Source: Trichosphaerium sp. ATCC 40318 (taxonomy: Eukaryota; Protista; Tubulinea). Taken from it: DNA of 64,000 bases. The notes below the pieces were generated by a model. The model searched no databases. It was not told the DNA's origin and worked only from the letters and a program-made list of their open reading frames with translations. Shown here piece after piece: positions 37,953-51,572 of the stretch (position 1 is the stretch's first letter; every line of letters begins with the position of its first letter). A program made the position numbers and the translations under genes. The DNA lies in the NCBI GenBank assembly GCA_038496445.1, contig JALMLS010000487.1, positions 124,001 through 188,000 on the forward strand, written 5' to 3'.

Positions 37953-40200
37953 TTAGATACTTCTCTGCATGAGCATTATTGCTTCTTTTTCATTTCTTAA
38001 CTTTGCTGTCATTATGTTCTTTACCCACATGTTCTTTTCTTCCTGATCTGCCGCTGATAAGATGACCATATCTATCAGTACATTAAGCAACAAAATAATC
38101 AATTAGAAATAAAATAACAACTCTGCTTTTTGTTGAACTAGAATTCTATTGCAAGCCTCCAATACTAGAAGCAAACAATTTAATCACGTGGAGTGAGACG
38201 TTTCGATCCGAAGTTCAAGAAGTTGAACGCTATCACTGAACTTTGATTTCGACAAAACAAAAGTGTATTCACCGAGTTTTGGTTAAACAAACCAAAAAGA
38301 ACAAGGAACGAACTTGTTTGACAAAAAACAAAAAACAGGAGTAAAAAGAAGAAAAACCACAAACCTCCTTCGTTGCCAAGTTCAAATCCATAAGAAATGG
38401 CTGTACTATCTATATCATGTATACGCATTGTCATATCAAGTGTGAGTCGATGTAAAAGCGTTAATTGAGGGTTTGAAGGGTCCATTTCAGGCTGTAAAAT
38501 AAGTATCAAGTCGTTAAATAAACAAACATGGACATCAACATCGGCATCTCTTGTTGTACCCTTCTTAAACGTAAGAATACAATAACATATGTACAAATAC
38601 AAAACAACCAGATAGATTTAAACAGTAATCAATACAATAAGCGACAGATTCGGTAACAACGGAACAAAGAAAACTCTGTGCCACGTGATAAACAAAAGTA
38701 ATTTGTACCTTCAACTGTACTAGTTTAAAGTCACCTTCTTGTACGAGACGTCTTGTAGGCATTATTAGATCCTACAGAAAATATTAGAATTACAAGAGGT
38801 TTGTTATAAACAAGGAAATTCGCTCACTTCTTGACGTGGAACAACAAGATGATATATTTCGTTTAGTGCGTTTTTAGCCTCAGAGTCACGTTTGCGTTTG
38901 TTTACTAAATCTGCTATTGATTTGATTGATTTAAGAGCTTTCTTTATATCTTCGAAGTCCTTATGATCTACACGAGTATATTTTTGCAGCTCCTACGAAT
39001 ACCAGTCATGCCCATAATTCCCGAAAACATTTCTGGTGAAGAATAAAAAAAAAATGGAGTTTTACCTTCAGCAGGAGAATGTATCTTGGTAACCGCTGAA
39101 TCGGTTCTATCAAGTAAGCGTCAACAGTCAAGTGATATGGTTCTTCTAAAGCACAGTTCTAAATAGTGATGAGTCAATCAGAAAATCATCTATCCTCTGC
39201 ACAACAAAAACAATGTGGCTGATAACGTACTTTTAAGAATTTACTGAATCTGTAACTTTTGCGTTTACACTTGTTTAAATGAGATCGTGAATGCTCGAAA
39301 TTATTAATGTAATCTGTGTAGACTCTCAGGAAACTACCCTAAAAAAGAGAAACGTCAATACAAGCCATAGAAATGTTAATCAACACGAATGATGTTTTCT
39401 TACGAGAAAATGTAATGATGGTCCTATTGCTCTGTCCTCTGACGAAGCACATGACTCCAACTGGTCCAAGAAAGCCACGTGTAAATTTACAAGGGTCTAG
39501 ATAACGGAAAAGGTTAAGAAATATTCACAATCAGAAAAAATAGATAACAAACAATCCATCCGCGGTTTTCTTCGCAAAGCTTCCCAATTGTACCTGTAAA
39601 GAAGAACCAAATATTAGTTTGAGATCATCTTGTGTTACTCCAAAAGCAGTAGGCTTGTCCTTCAAGGGATCAGCGCAGCTCTGAGCGTATATAAGTAACA
39701 GTAAATAAGGTTTGAATGAGTTGTACGGTGATTAAAAACTTTAGCTTTCCAACATAAACAGTTTCCGTGTGAACTAGCTATATCATAAAAAACGTTAATT
39801 CTTACCAAAAGTAGTAGTATATTACCTCTTTAATAACATGTTGGCGTAATTCGCCTAAAATAAAAGCGTTAAACTTGTCCACGTGATAAAAAAATACAAC
39901 CAAAACAAAACATACGTTGTCTCTTTAAATCTTCTTCAGTGACTACAACCTTTTTACCGTTTGGCTTTGTTACAAGGGAAGTTACCCCTGGTGTAACATG
40001 GATATGGTCTCCTACCTTGTACTAAGTGTTAATAATGGCGGTAAAATGGGTTTTGCCGCACTCCATGTGAGAATGATAAGCGGAGGTACTTTTTGGCGTA
40101 TACAATGCTCAAAGCAATAAAAATTAGCAATGCAATGTAAACTAGCATCATTGACGTTGTTTGCTTTGTGGCCCACAGAAAATGTTTGAATAATAATTCT
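37953..40200 (-). CDS. DH-PH RhoGEF (5' end uncertain, may extend to about 40550)
   Basis: ELVHTETVYVGKL, FLRVYTDYINNFE, YLIEPIQRLPRYILLLKELQKYT, and PH-domain segments RRLVQEG, VCLFNDLILI and EKNMWVKNI. Confidence 0.85.
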
Positions 40201-40809
40201 TTTAAACAACAAAATGCGTATTAATCACGTGATAATAAAAAAGGGGTAGATATTTGATTGCGGAGTACAAAAAAAAAGAGTGGAAAAAAAAAAAGGTAGG
40301 TATTGAAAAAGTGAAAATAGGTTATTCACACAATTGTTTGGTTTTATTTTACACTGGAAGAAGCAATCGCTTCTTAATAAAGAGTTTTTGGAGATGTAGA
40401 CGCATTTCCCTAATGTAGTAATAACGTCAACATTGAGTGATCTAATTAAAGAAGAAAAAAATGAAAACAATTTTTTTTTACCTTTGTGTTGACCTTTTTT
40501 GATCAAACTGCTTGAAACGTTTTGTATTAAACTTAAAGTCTGGATGCATATCTGCAAGATAAGGTAAAAATGACATTCTAAGTGGACCTCCTATATTCAT
40601 TATTTGTATTTGTGATATATGATACCACTCGGAAGGATGAGAAATATTCAGTTTATGTTCAGCATCTAGAACATGAAATTCATGAGTAACAAGCTAAGAA
40701 CGTAGCACTATTGCGCTTATATGATACTTTAAGTTGTTTCGATCATATCGTTGGTGCTTATAAAACAACCAAGATAGAGTAATAAAACTGACAGACTTCA
40801 AAAATACCT

Positions 40810-42422
40810 TTCAAAAATTCGAATAGATTTTTTGGTGTTGACCATGTCTTCATTGGTACGTTTCTAAATAAAAAATAAGCCATGGCTTGCAACCATGTAC
40901 ATGATGATCTAGTACCTAAATTTCCACTTTATCCATGTGTAGTTTGGAAAAATGGTAGACAAAGCACGGTAGAGAGAGCTTCCATACCTTTGATTAAATT
41001 AGTTTATCAGACTTAGCGTTCATCACGTTCATGTAGGTACAACGTACAACTTCGATATTGTCCACCAACCACCTATATGTTTTAACATTGCGTCACTCAC
41101 ACCATACCAACCATCAAGAGTCTTGAAATCAAGAAGTTGACTTAAATAATTGACACGCATTCTTTGATTTTCTACATTATCCCAGAATCCATTTGAACTC
41201 CTTTAACAAGAATATCAAAAGATTTACGCTTCCTCATTATTTAAACAGCAAAACGCACTTAAAATGAATTGACAGCCATTTATGTTCGGGATAGATAGAC
41301 TTCAAAGCTTTCTCCAAAGTGGTGTACCTTGTGAAATAAGTCACCAAAAAAAATAAATAAAAAACAAACAACTTTTTTTAGAGTTACTATCACGTGATGT
41401 CCACCGCTATCCGTAACTTTAGCGTACAAATATCAAAATACCTACCTTCTAGTTACAGATCTACCACCTTCCCTAGAGATATCTCTCTTCTGAAGACCGT
41501 ACCAATCGGTGAAAACATAAATACGTAAAGCCTCCGAAATATTATCAAGCTTTGCTCGTTGATTGCTTGCTGTATCCCATCGTCCTTTTGTCGCAGCCCT
41601 TGCCTTTAGGGTTACTCAAATAATAACATCTCATACGCAGTACCGCAGACGCCAAGACTCCCAATTATACTCTGGGTATATCTCTTGAAGCGCTAGTTTA
41701 GTTGATCCTTTATAACTAAAATTAAAAGTTAGCTACCAGATAACATAGCGTCATGTGGTCGCCTAGAGACACCATTCACCGCATTCGTACTTAGTATACA
41801 GTATCCCTCCGGCACCATGCTTTAACGCGAGAGACTTCGAGATACTATGCCAGTCATCCAATGTTTTATAGCTGAGATTCTCTCCAATGAAGTCAAACTT
41901 CTCCCTCTGATTAGTAACATCATCCCAGTGCCTCTGAGGAGCTGCTTGAAACTTCCAGGGTATCCATTCAATATGAGGGTATAGATCCTGCAGCATCTGA
42001 TACACAGACGAGCCATGTCTAGAAGAAAAGCAAATTAGGAACATGGTTTTGTAGAGAACGTTATTTGCTTTACAAAAAACGCTTAGTACCGTCTTAGAAC
42101 CCCTGCTGCTTTTGTCTTCAACAGTTTTCGTTTTGTTACATTGTACCAATCTTCAATGACGTTTACACGTAGTGCTGGCGCAATAGTGAATTCCAAGTAC
42201 TTCATTTGGTTATCTACAACGGTCCAGTATCCTGACGGAACGCGCCTTGCGCATACGTTAAAATTATAGCAAGGTAGGGTTACTGTACGCATTGTGAGGT
42301 AATACAACGTTCTTTACGGGTTTTTTGAACCTTGTCTTTCTACAACACTTTATGATACACAAGTAGCAAATGCGCGTACCTTTGGGTTTTAACGTGCCTA
42401 GTACGTAATACGCACCATACAT
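40810..42422 (-). CDS. Uncharacterised repeat protein (Wxxxx-NQR...DWY...GG...YP-xx-W repeats); ends uncertain
   Basis: Four repeats, for example GYWTVVDNQMKY..IEDWYNV and HWDDVTNQREKFDFI..LDDWHSI..HGAGGIL, plus YPHIEWIPWKF. Confidence 0.65.
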
Positions 42423-42726
42423 GATAGTGTCTACATTTCTTTACAGTGTCACTTGATAAAAAGATGCCTACACGCTATTAGATACTATACCTACGCGTTT
42501 TAGCGCATATAAACGAGTACCGTTATTTGAAAATTGATTTAGCGCTCTTGTGGCACAACGGTTGGCATATGCCATTAACAATATCTACAGAATAACTCAC
42601 ATACAAAAACAAGCACTTGGTGCTTTTTTAAGTCACAATCTTCCCTGCCTTGACCCGACCTTCTGCCAGGGCAATTTCTGTTCTTAATTTCTACATTGAG
42701 TAGCACCTGACGTCATTGAAATATAC

Positions 42727-43813
42727 ATGGCAAACAGTATACAATCAATTAAAATAGTAACAGTGGGTGACACGGGCGTAGGTGCGCGTCAGACAAATGA
42801 TCTCAGGTCTGGTAATGTTGTTTTTTGTTAAAACAAAGCTAGGCAAAACGTGCATGCTCATGGCTTACACTGAAGGGCTATTCCCAGATGTATACGTTCC
42901 AACTGTATTTGGTACGGTATAAACGACATTTATTAGTATTTTTGTGTTTTTGGTCACGTGGGTAGTACCGAACTTTACCAAATGCAGTCTTTGTTTTAAA
43001 GGGTTTTTGTTGTTGGCCTAGTTCCTTTTATGCTAATACGAGATAGAAAACCATTTCAAGTATATCGAGGTAAACGGGTCTACGGTTCAATTAAACTTAT
43101 GGGATACGGTAAGTATCAAAAGAAATGTCACAAAGAGAACTTTCGCTCAAAGTTGCTCTTTATTTTGAAATTATTATCATGTTAAGAATAACAGTGTATG
43201 TAGGCAGGACAAGAAGAATATGCGCGACTGAGACCATTATCTTATAAGGTATCAAACAAAAAAAAAAGGGAAATATAGCTAAATCGTGATAGGATGCAGA
43301 CGCATTTCTTATTTGCTTCTCAGTGGTAGATAAAAAATCAGCCGAAAATGTTAAAAAAAACGTGTGCATTACTCGCTTTTCCACGTTAAACCTACATGAA
43401 CTTTATTGACGTTGTACATAGTGGGTAGAAGAGATAAAACACCATAATCCTAGTGGCGCCATTTACTTAGTTGGTACAAAAGTTGACATGAGATACACTG
43501 ACAATTCAAATGGCATGTCTTCTACAGAAGGTAAAACAAATCTCAGAGATTCTATTCTATTTTTTTGACTATCACGTGTTTATTTTTGCGTGTACGTACC
43601 CTAAAGGCTACTGTAGGTAAAGAACTTATGCAGAGCATTGGTGCGAAAAACTACTTTGAGTGTAGCGCCAAGAAAGGTGAAGGATTGAGAGTTATTTTTA
43701 CTGCTGCAGCGAAGGCAGCTTTAGTTCAACCAAGAACAAGAGCGTCGTCAAGGAAGGGTAGTTTAAAACGTACTATGAGTAGGAAAAACGTGTTGGATTG
43801 CGTTTTGTTGTAG
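42727..43813 (+). CDS. Rho/Rac family small GTPase
   Basis: KIVTVGDTGVGKT, YVPTVFEN, LWDTAGQEEYARLRPLSY, VGTKVD, ECSAK and C-terminal CVLL (CaaX). Confidence 0.95.
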
Positions 43814-43953
43814 AGTGCAATGAAAAGTAGCGAGTGGTAAAAGCTGTACATATCACCCACTTGTAACGTGAATGCGTAGTACCAGAATAATAAAAAAAAC
43901 CGCGTTAATGAGTCAACATTGTTAATTTCGCGAAACCAGGAAATACACTAACA

Positions 43954-45452
43954 ATGGAGCCACCTGAGCATCTACAGGTATATTCAGTTTGATACGACTC
44001 TTTTAACGCCTTTTAGCCGCCAGATGAAGAAAATGAAGATTCTGGCGATTTACAAGCTGCTATAAAGGCGTCTATGCCATCCATGGTTGCCAATGGGTTG
44101 AATGGCCTACTTGAAAAATCAAAAACACTACGAAAAAACCAAACAGTACGCAATTCTGAGTGTTTTGAGCGCTCAAAACGTTATACTTGCGTTTGGCATC
44201 GTAAAACTGAAAATCCTCCTTTCTTGGCTCAAATAATATAGGATGTGTCAAAGTTATTAGAAGACAAAGAGGCTCTCCAAAGCGAAGGTATTAACCAAAT
44301 TAGCGCCATTTTTTAAAAACCTATTGTAGTCGTTGCTCTACGACGAAAGCGTGCAGATTTAAAGCTTAAAATATCTCGCCGAGAGACACGTACTACAGCA
44401 GGAGAGGCTATGCTCCAAAATAACCCGTTAGATAGCAGTACGCATTTGATTTAGTTCAAAATAATTTACAGTTACTCACAATCAATAGTGTCAAAAGCGC
44501 CAAGAGTAGGGCTAGATACACAACAGGTATGTAAAATAGCGGTGGTTTTTCCAAAGAGTTATTTTTTTTCGAAACAGAAACAGGTTGCGTTACTTTATGT
44601 CTCACATCTATTGTAGCTATTTAACGATACAGTGTGTATTAAAAAAAGAGAAGAAAAGTTTGCTTATAGACTACAAGGAGTCTCCTTGTTTTTCGCAAGA
44701 AAGAGACAACTAGGCATTAGGTTTGATATGTTCTACAAGAGTAAGATAACGTTTTTCCCTTCATTTTGTCGTTTTTTTTTGCGGTTGGAAGTTCTTATGT
44801 TTTGTTTCAGACAAGTACCTTGAATCATACTACGTTATACTATGCTACGGTATTGACCCAAATGAAGAAAATGGAGAAGAAAAAATGCTTGTGGCAAAAC
44901 ACTCTTTGCCTCCGTTTATTGCACTTGATAATATGGTCTCTCAGTTTTTAAATAAAGACGTAAAGGTAAGAAAACAAATAACCGATCTCAAATTTCTTTG
45001 TTTTGTCGTTGAGGTAATAACTAACACATAATGTTGTTTAGATGTTCACAGATTGTGTTTATCGTCATTTGAATGCGTATGTAGAACGTCGTGAACAAGT
45101 AAAATCAGCACAAACGAATTTAAATATGAAAGACTTTATTGTATCTCCTGCTTTTGATATACTCCAATTTTCAAAAATCGTTGGTAGAGAAGGGTACGCG
45201 CAAAGATTTTTTTTTTCTTCTTCTACTCGTTGCTATTCTTTGTGTAATCTTCTAACTACAATCACTAGGAAAGCTTATACGCTAAAATTCAGGCTTCACT
45301 ACAATCTTAAATCTAGTTTACCTCACCGAGTAGTTGTTTACAAAATGCAAGGAGAAGAGCGTAGATCACGCGTATACGCATTTCGTAGTAATGTTTTCAA
45401 AAGGTTGCCTTTTATTGAAGCTTACAAAGAGTTATTTGGAGCTAGAAAATAA
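43954..45452 (+). CDS. CENPO: Centromere protein O (Mcm21)-like
   Basis: Coiled coil, then AYRLQGVS...GIRFD...YLESYYVIL...KHSLPPFIALD...HLNAYVERREQV, matching the CENP-O RWD signature as I recall it. Confidence 0.75.
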
Positions 45453-46963
45453 TCGGCTGAAAAAGTCGCTTGTTGTACTATAAAAAAAACCGCCACTGTA
45501 TGTACATAAAATGTAACGAAAATTTTTCTGAACTGTTAGTGATTTTTTGGCCTTCAGTTGAAATGTCCCTACTCTTTTTCTCTTCTGGTAAATTGTACTC
45601 GTTGTCAGTATAGAGACGAAGCTATTGTGAAGATTATTAGTAGCTTATGTAATAATTATGGAGGGAATATTGATCGTTCCTCTGAAAGTACTTGTGGATA
45701 TTATGCGTTATCGTTGCAGGTAGTTTGGGATATCTATTCGCTTGTTTGTTCAAAATTGAATTTATTTAATTATATGATCAACCAACGAGCGAGTCTAGAT
45801 TGTGCTGTGGTTATTATGCACGTACTGACGCTGTTTCAATCATGTGTAAGTGTAAAAGCGCTGTGTCAGGTAAGCGATTTACTAGTGGAGTCTAATCGAC
45901 TATACGCGGCACACGACATTGTTGTTTACAATTGATCTTTGGTTTATCTTTTTGACACTGAGCTTTAGGCGCAATTGGCATCACAACAAAAAGGATGGTA
46001 CCTACAACAACTAGGTTGAACCATGTAACGTTTGGCGCAACATAGTTGAAGTTCGAACGCTTTACTACCTCAGGTGCGTTCTATTCAAAAAATAGCGCCA
46101 TAATACTTCATCTGTTCATCTTGCTAATTGTTACGGTCTAGGTGAATACTATGTCTGATTTCCAGAAAAAAAAATCGAATTTGGAATTATCTGGCTTGAA
46201 AACGTTTTAAAGAACTAGTTTTAGCTTTACCCTGTTACGCCAGTACGTAGTATTTTACCACGCATTGTAGCGCTACACAAGATTAGACAGAATATTCGCA
46301 GTTGACTTCTGACTTTGTTATTTTAAAAATAGAGTTATACCTTGAAAACGTCCTCTCACGCGCCATTTTTATTGTTGATGAGTACGTAGTGCACTTGCAG
46401 TTTTTTTTAGCATTATATTTCGTATTTTTCCGCTTTTGCATCATTTGTTGTCCATCCACCTCACACATTTCTGTTCACGTTTTTTTTGCATTTACAAGGG
46501 AGAAAACTGTCTCTCTTGAGTTATACAAAAAAACTATCACATTTTTTGAAAATGAAGAAACTATGGTAAAACTGATCAAGCTACGTCCAGGCTACGCGTT
46601 TGGTGGATGTTTGATTCAGAATCAAACAATACTGTACACGAGAAAACTCAACTTTGCTTTACGCCGAACGCTAGCCGGAAATTGTTTTATATTGAAATTT
46701 TTCAATCGTGCAACTACAATAATGGGCGCGGGCTACAAAACAACTAGTTCGTTACGAAATTTTTGCGTTACGAAACAAACCCCACATCTCGCTTAAACAA
46801 ATCCCACTTATTTCTACAAACCGATTTGGAACTAACACAAACATCATAGCGGTTTAGCACACGAAAAATAACTTTTTTTGGATTTTCTCCGTGAATCGGT
46901 ATTTCTATAATTTACCGTCGCAAGCCAGAAATAGCACGCGCTGCGTGATCTTTGTCCTTCTAT

Positions 46964-49900
46964 ATGGCACAGTCATCGGATAGCTCTAGTGAGCAAGGAT
47001 ATAACGACTACATAGATAGAACACTTGCAAGAGCAAGCCATCGTGGTTTATCTGAGCTTAGAAGACGAGAGGACAGTTCAAGGCAATCAAGCAAGAAAGC
47101 TGAGCTTTTTAGGCTTGTTTATATACCAAAGGGTTTCAAAGTACATGAAATCCTGTCTGGTATGTCTTTCTACGTACTAAGGTGCGTAAACAGTCGTTTA
47201 AAACGCTCTTCTTTGAATTTAAAAGCGTGTTTTTTATTGTTCGTAGTTTTCTTGTTATTAACACGTCTACCTTCTTTATAGGCAAAGAGACAGCCATAAA
47301 TACCTACTACATAATGGTGTTTCTAGTATTGATTGTAGTACAAGACCTAGTTTCAAGAGTCGTAGTTTAAAATCTATTGGGAGGCGTAGATCGTCTAATG
47401 GATCAAGTTCTATGGTTACTGACGTTGAAACGATTGAAACGAAATCTCCCATTTTAGCAATGTTTGTTTATAAATTGTTTGTATTGACTATACACAAGAC
47501 AAACGCGCAGTGCTTTATGCAGGTAACGTATTTTAAGCTTATGCTGGCATTTTATTCCATTTTTGGTATTTTTCTTCTTTTTTTTCTCGTTTTTTTCGAA
47601 AAATGCGGTTTCTTCTCTTTGTGGAGCATGTTTTATCTTGTTGTACCATAAAAAATAGCATTGGTTATACCTACTCTTGTATCACTATGCTAATACTCAA
47701 AAACAAATACCATGAAGCTCGTTTTTTGATTTTCTTTTTTTTGGGAAATTATGCGTAGTTTTTTTTTGTATTGGCTCAATTCTTGATTTGACCTAACTCC
47801 ATGTGTTATCAGGTGTATAGTGTAACCAAACAAGAGACTAAAACAGTGAAATTTATCGATGCAAAGTGGCAATTACCTATTGTTTCTTTTATCGTAAACG
47901 ATAGCCGTATAGTCATAGTAGACAAGTCTGCTATACACTCTTATAAGCATGAGAGTAAGAAGGATAAGATGTTTCATCTTCTTGGGAATATATCAATCAA
48001 ACTATCTCTTACGCGTCCAAACCCTAAATTTTCTCGGATTTTCAGAAACAAACTGTTTTTGGCTAATGCGAAGCAATTCCGTGTTGTTAACTTGGATGTT
48101 GGTTGGAATGAGTATACAGCTAATTTGGATATTGATACATTCTTTTGTTTGAAGTATAGTCATAATTTTGTGTCTGCTTCCATTGGCTCTGATGTAAGGA
48201 CTTGGGAATATCCAAAAGCAAAAAAAGGGTCTGTTCTTCAAATGTCTTCTGGCAAGCCTGCTGTAAGTTGGCATCAAGGGAAGTCTGTTTATACTGCTAT
48301 TCATGTAGATAGATCTTATATTATAACAGGAGATGAAGCTGGTCAAATATGTTTATTGTGCGTCCTACATTTTGTGATTTCTTTTAGTTTTTTTTTTTTT
48401 TGGTTTCCAGTGCCAAGCCAAAACAACAGGCTCTTCTTTCCATAGAAAAGTAGCCTGTTCGCCACTTTGTGGTTTTACTACGGTCGATGTAGGGACAGCG
48501 AGAACCTCATTCGTGCGGTTCTTTTGTTGTCCGAAAATCGAAACTTTCGTACTTTTCGGAATTTTTTTCTCGATTTTTCCGCTTCTGATTTCGAAGTTCG
48601 TAAAAAACTCCGATGTTGACTGAAAAACAATCGTGATACTTTTGCAATAGTTTTTGTTTCTTCTCAGCACATATATCTTCGTGTATGTTATAACGTTCCT
48701 TTGTTAATGTATCTTTAGTCAAAGCCACGAAACGTCGTATTGTTATGATATTAATACACCAGAACTACAAGAGGATGATTATGTAAGTATTAAACTTCTT
48801 TTTTTTGAAATCAAAAAATAAGCAAACTAATCTGTTCGCTCTAAAGGACACAAATCTAAACACAAGGGACTTGTCAAACCTTAATTTTAGCAAATGTATT
48901 ACATGTATAAAGAGAGTCAGTTCATGTGTCGTCACAGGTCATAAAAAAGGGTAAGGCACTAGACACAACTAAGAAGCAATTTCTTTTTTTTTTCTTTTTT
49001 TTCTTCAGATATTAAGCTTATTTCCTCTTTTCAGGTATGTCTGTGTTTGGGATCTGAACAAACGTAATCAGAAGAAGCCGCTCATAAAATTAAATATGAA
49101 TGCTCCTGTACATAGTTTTATGGTTACAGATAGAATGATAACTGTTGGTACGAATATTTTAAGAATTTACTAGAAAAACAACAAAAAAATACCTTTCCTA
49201 CAAATACTGACCTTTGCAGCATCCTATGATAAAGCGAGAAATACAAGTAGATTAAATGCATGGATTATCAATGTTCCAAACTTTTTTAGTGTACGTACTG
49301 GACCAACAACGAACAAACGTTTTTGGTTATTTTTTCCTCGTTTTTTTTAATTTCTTTTGGAACGAGTTTTCGCCCGTTGCTCATTCATCTTTAGTATGAA
49401 GTCACAATTGACAGTATAAATAATGAACCATCGAGTACAAATGCTAGTCAAACAATAGTAGACGCATTTGGTGATCCAGTACACTGGCTAGAGGATACAA
49501 TTCGAAAATTTCAATTTACTATTGTTGTATTTATTGCAGAAGGCGCTTCACTTTTAGACTCAGTACGTACCTACATCCCGACCAACATGCTGTTTCTAGT
49601 ATGATAACAACCTTTAGCATTATCTACAACGATGGAACAGCCTGTATAAAACAATAACATCAGGTGGTGGTGAAGTCTTAGTGATATCAGCAGAGTCTGA
49701 TGAGGAAGTATCAACATATGCTAAATTATATGTTATGGGATGTGTATCTGATCGAATGAATGTACTATCTCGATTTTTCGGTCTCAGCTCTTCCAAGAAA
49801 ACCGGTATGTATCATCCAGGTAAACTGAAAAGAGGACGAAGAAGCCTTTTATTGAATTGGTTTAGGTGTTTTTGTGATGTCACGAACACGTGATGTGATG

Positions 49901-50476
49901 TACAACTGGGAGGGTAAGAATTCTGGTGTTGTGAGGTAAGAAATTATATATTTGAGTGCTGTTGTGTTTATTTCGTCTATGTAGGCCTGATCCTTATGAT
50001 ATTGTACTTGGAGTACTATCTAATGACGGAAAGCGTAAGTAATCTTTTTTTTTTGGTTTTTTTTTGAAAGACTCCAATTAAACAACTTTGTCTTATTTAT
50101 GTCATTAGAATTGAAGACATCTGGCGGATTTTTCTGTTGTGGTAAACAACCGCGTACGTAATTTAGGATGATATCGTGATTGCGATAATTCCGAAAAGCT
50201 TGGAGTGTTTAACGTTGGGTTTTATTTTTCTTTCTTTTTTTTTTTTGTTGGTTTTACCATACATATTTTTTCCTGTTTTTTTTTTGCCTGTTGTTAATGT
50301 TCACGTGTTTAGGTATTGTTGTAAGCAAGAGCAATGTTAATGTCGAGAGAAATATGCTTAAATCATTTGTTACAGACACCCCGAACATTATGTCGGGTAG
50401 AAACAACAGAAGACGTAAGAGAAATAGTCCGCAAAGTAGCAATATTAGACCCAAAGCTAAAGCAAATAGAACATAG
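46964..50476 (+). CDS. Large multi-exon WD40/beta-propeller-like protein (could be two genes)
   Basis: Beta-rich exons (SASIGSDVRTWE, TAIHVDRSYIITGDEAGQI, VCVWDL), GT-AG introns and a basic C-terminus. Confidence 0.5.
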
Positions 50477-51572
50477 CAAATGTACGTTAGAATATCAAAA
50501 AGATTTTATTTAAATTCATCATTCGCAAGCATACTCCATAAATTCGAAGCTTGCAAACAAGTTATTTTGTGGCAGTTGTGATGTGAAGTCTTTCTTTCTT
50601 TTTTTTTTTTTGGATTGAAGAGAATGCATTTTTACTTTACTGAAATCACTTTGTAAAAACCCTCAAATTGTTGTTTTGATACCCTCAAAAAGTATTTGGA
50701 TATAAGGTCTTATTTGTTATAGTTAAAGTCTTCTAAAGAGCGTTACAACTTCTGCTCAATAGCTTCTTTCTCAAAAGTAAAAAACAGATTTTATTAAAGA
50801 TGGTTTACTTACACAAATGATAGGTGAGCTTATTCTATACCTATAAACTGTAATAGATAGTACTGCAGCCCCTTCGAGAGTCCTAGTGTTTAATAAGAAG
50901 TACATGGGCGGTTTGGTTGGATTTTTATTTGTACAAAGGTAACGGGAGAAGAATAAGTGTAAAAGAAAGAATGTAAAATAATACGAAAGAAAAAATAAAA
51001 GCAAACATTATTACATCCTTGTGCCATTATGAACGCATTTCAATTGAACCTCTTGATCATTGATTTAAATCCGTCTGATATTTTGAGTGCCATGTTTTCT
51101 TGCCCTTTCCATTACATGCTAACGATGAATAGTGAGTTGTTTGTTTTACGCACCAATATTCAACCCGCATATTACTTTAAATGGCCTTGGCAATACAGTA
51201 GCAAATCACGTGATAAGGACATAAGGCTAATAAGAGATTGAGTGGGGCTACAGCATAACCTCCGTAAGGAAAAAGCCACGTCTGAGTTAAGCTCATAGTG
51301 CTGTCAGAAATAACAACTCGTGAGCTACGCTACTAAAAAAGCCACAATTGTGCTGATGAATTTGTTTCACATAACACCCTACAGTGCTTCAATATTGGAT
51401 GGATATAGCTGATGTTGTAGGTCTAGAAAGAAAGCTCAAATACTTATAGATATTATTACAATAATTTTGTGAATGCGAGAAAGGTTTTGATGCATAGTGG
51501 TAGGATACTTGATGTGCAGTGAAAAAAAAGAGTACTTCACTAACAAAAACTTTCACTACACTTACAAACATC

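Noticed and set aside
8139-43813. GPCR, G-alpha, RhoGEF and Rho as a functional signalling cluster
   Set aside because: They are interspersed with unrelated genes, and these families are large in amoeboid protists, so co-occurrence in 36 kb is plausible by chance.
45558-46796. ORFs 45558..45935 and 46302..46796
   Set aside because: Non-ATG starts, low-complexity composition and no recognisable motifs. Some splice-like signals exist but give no coherent gene model.
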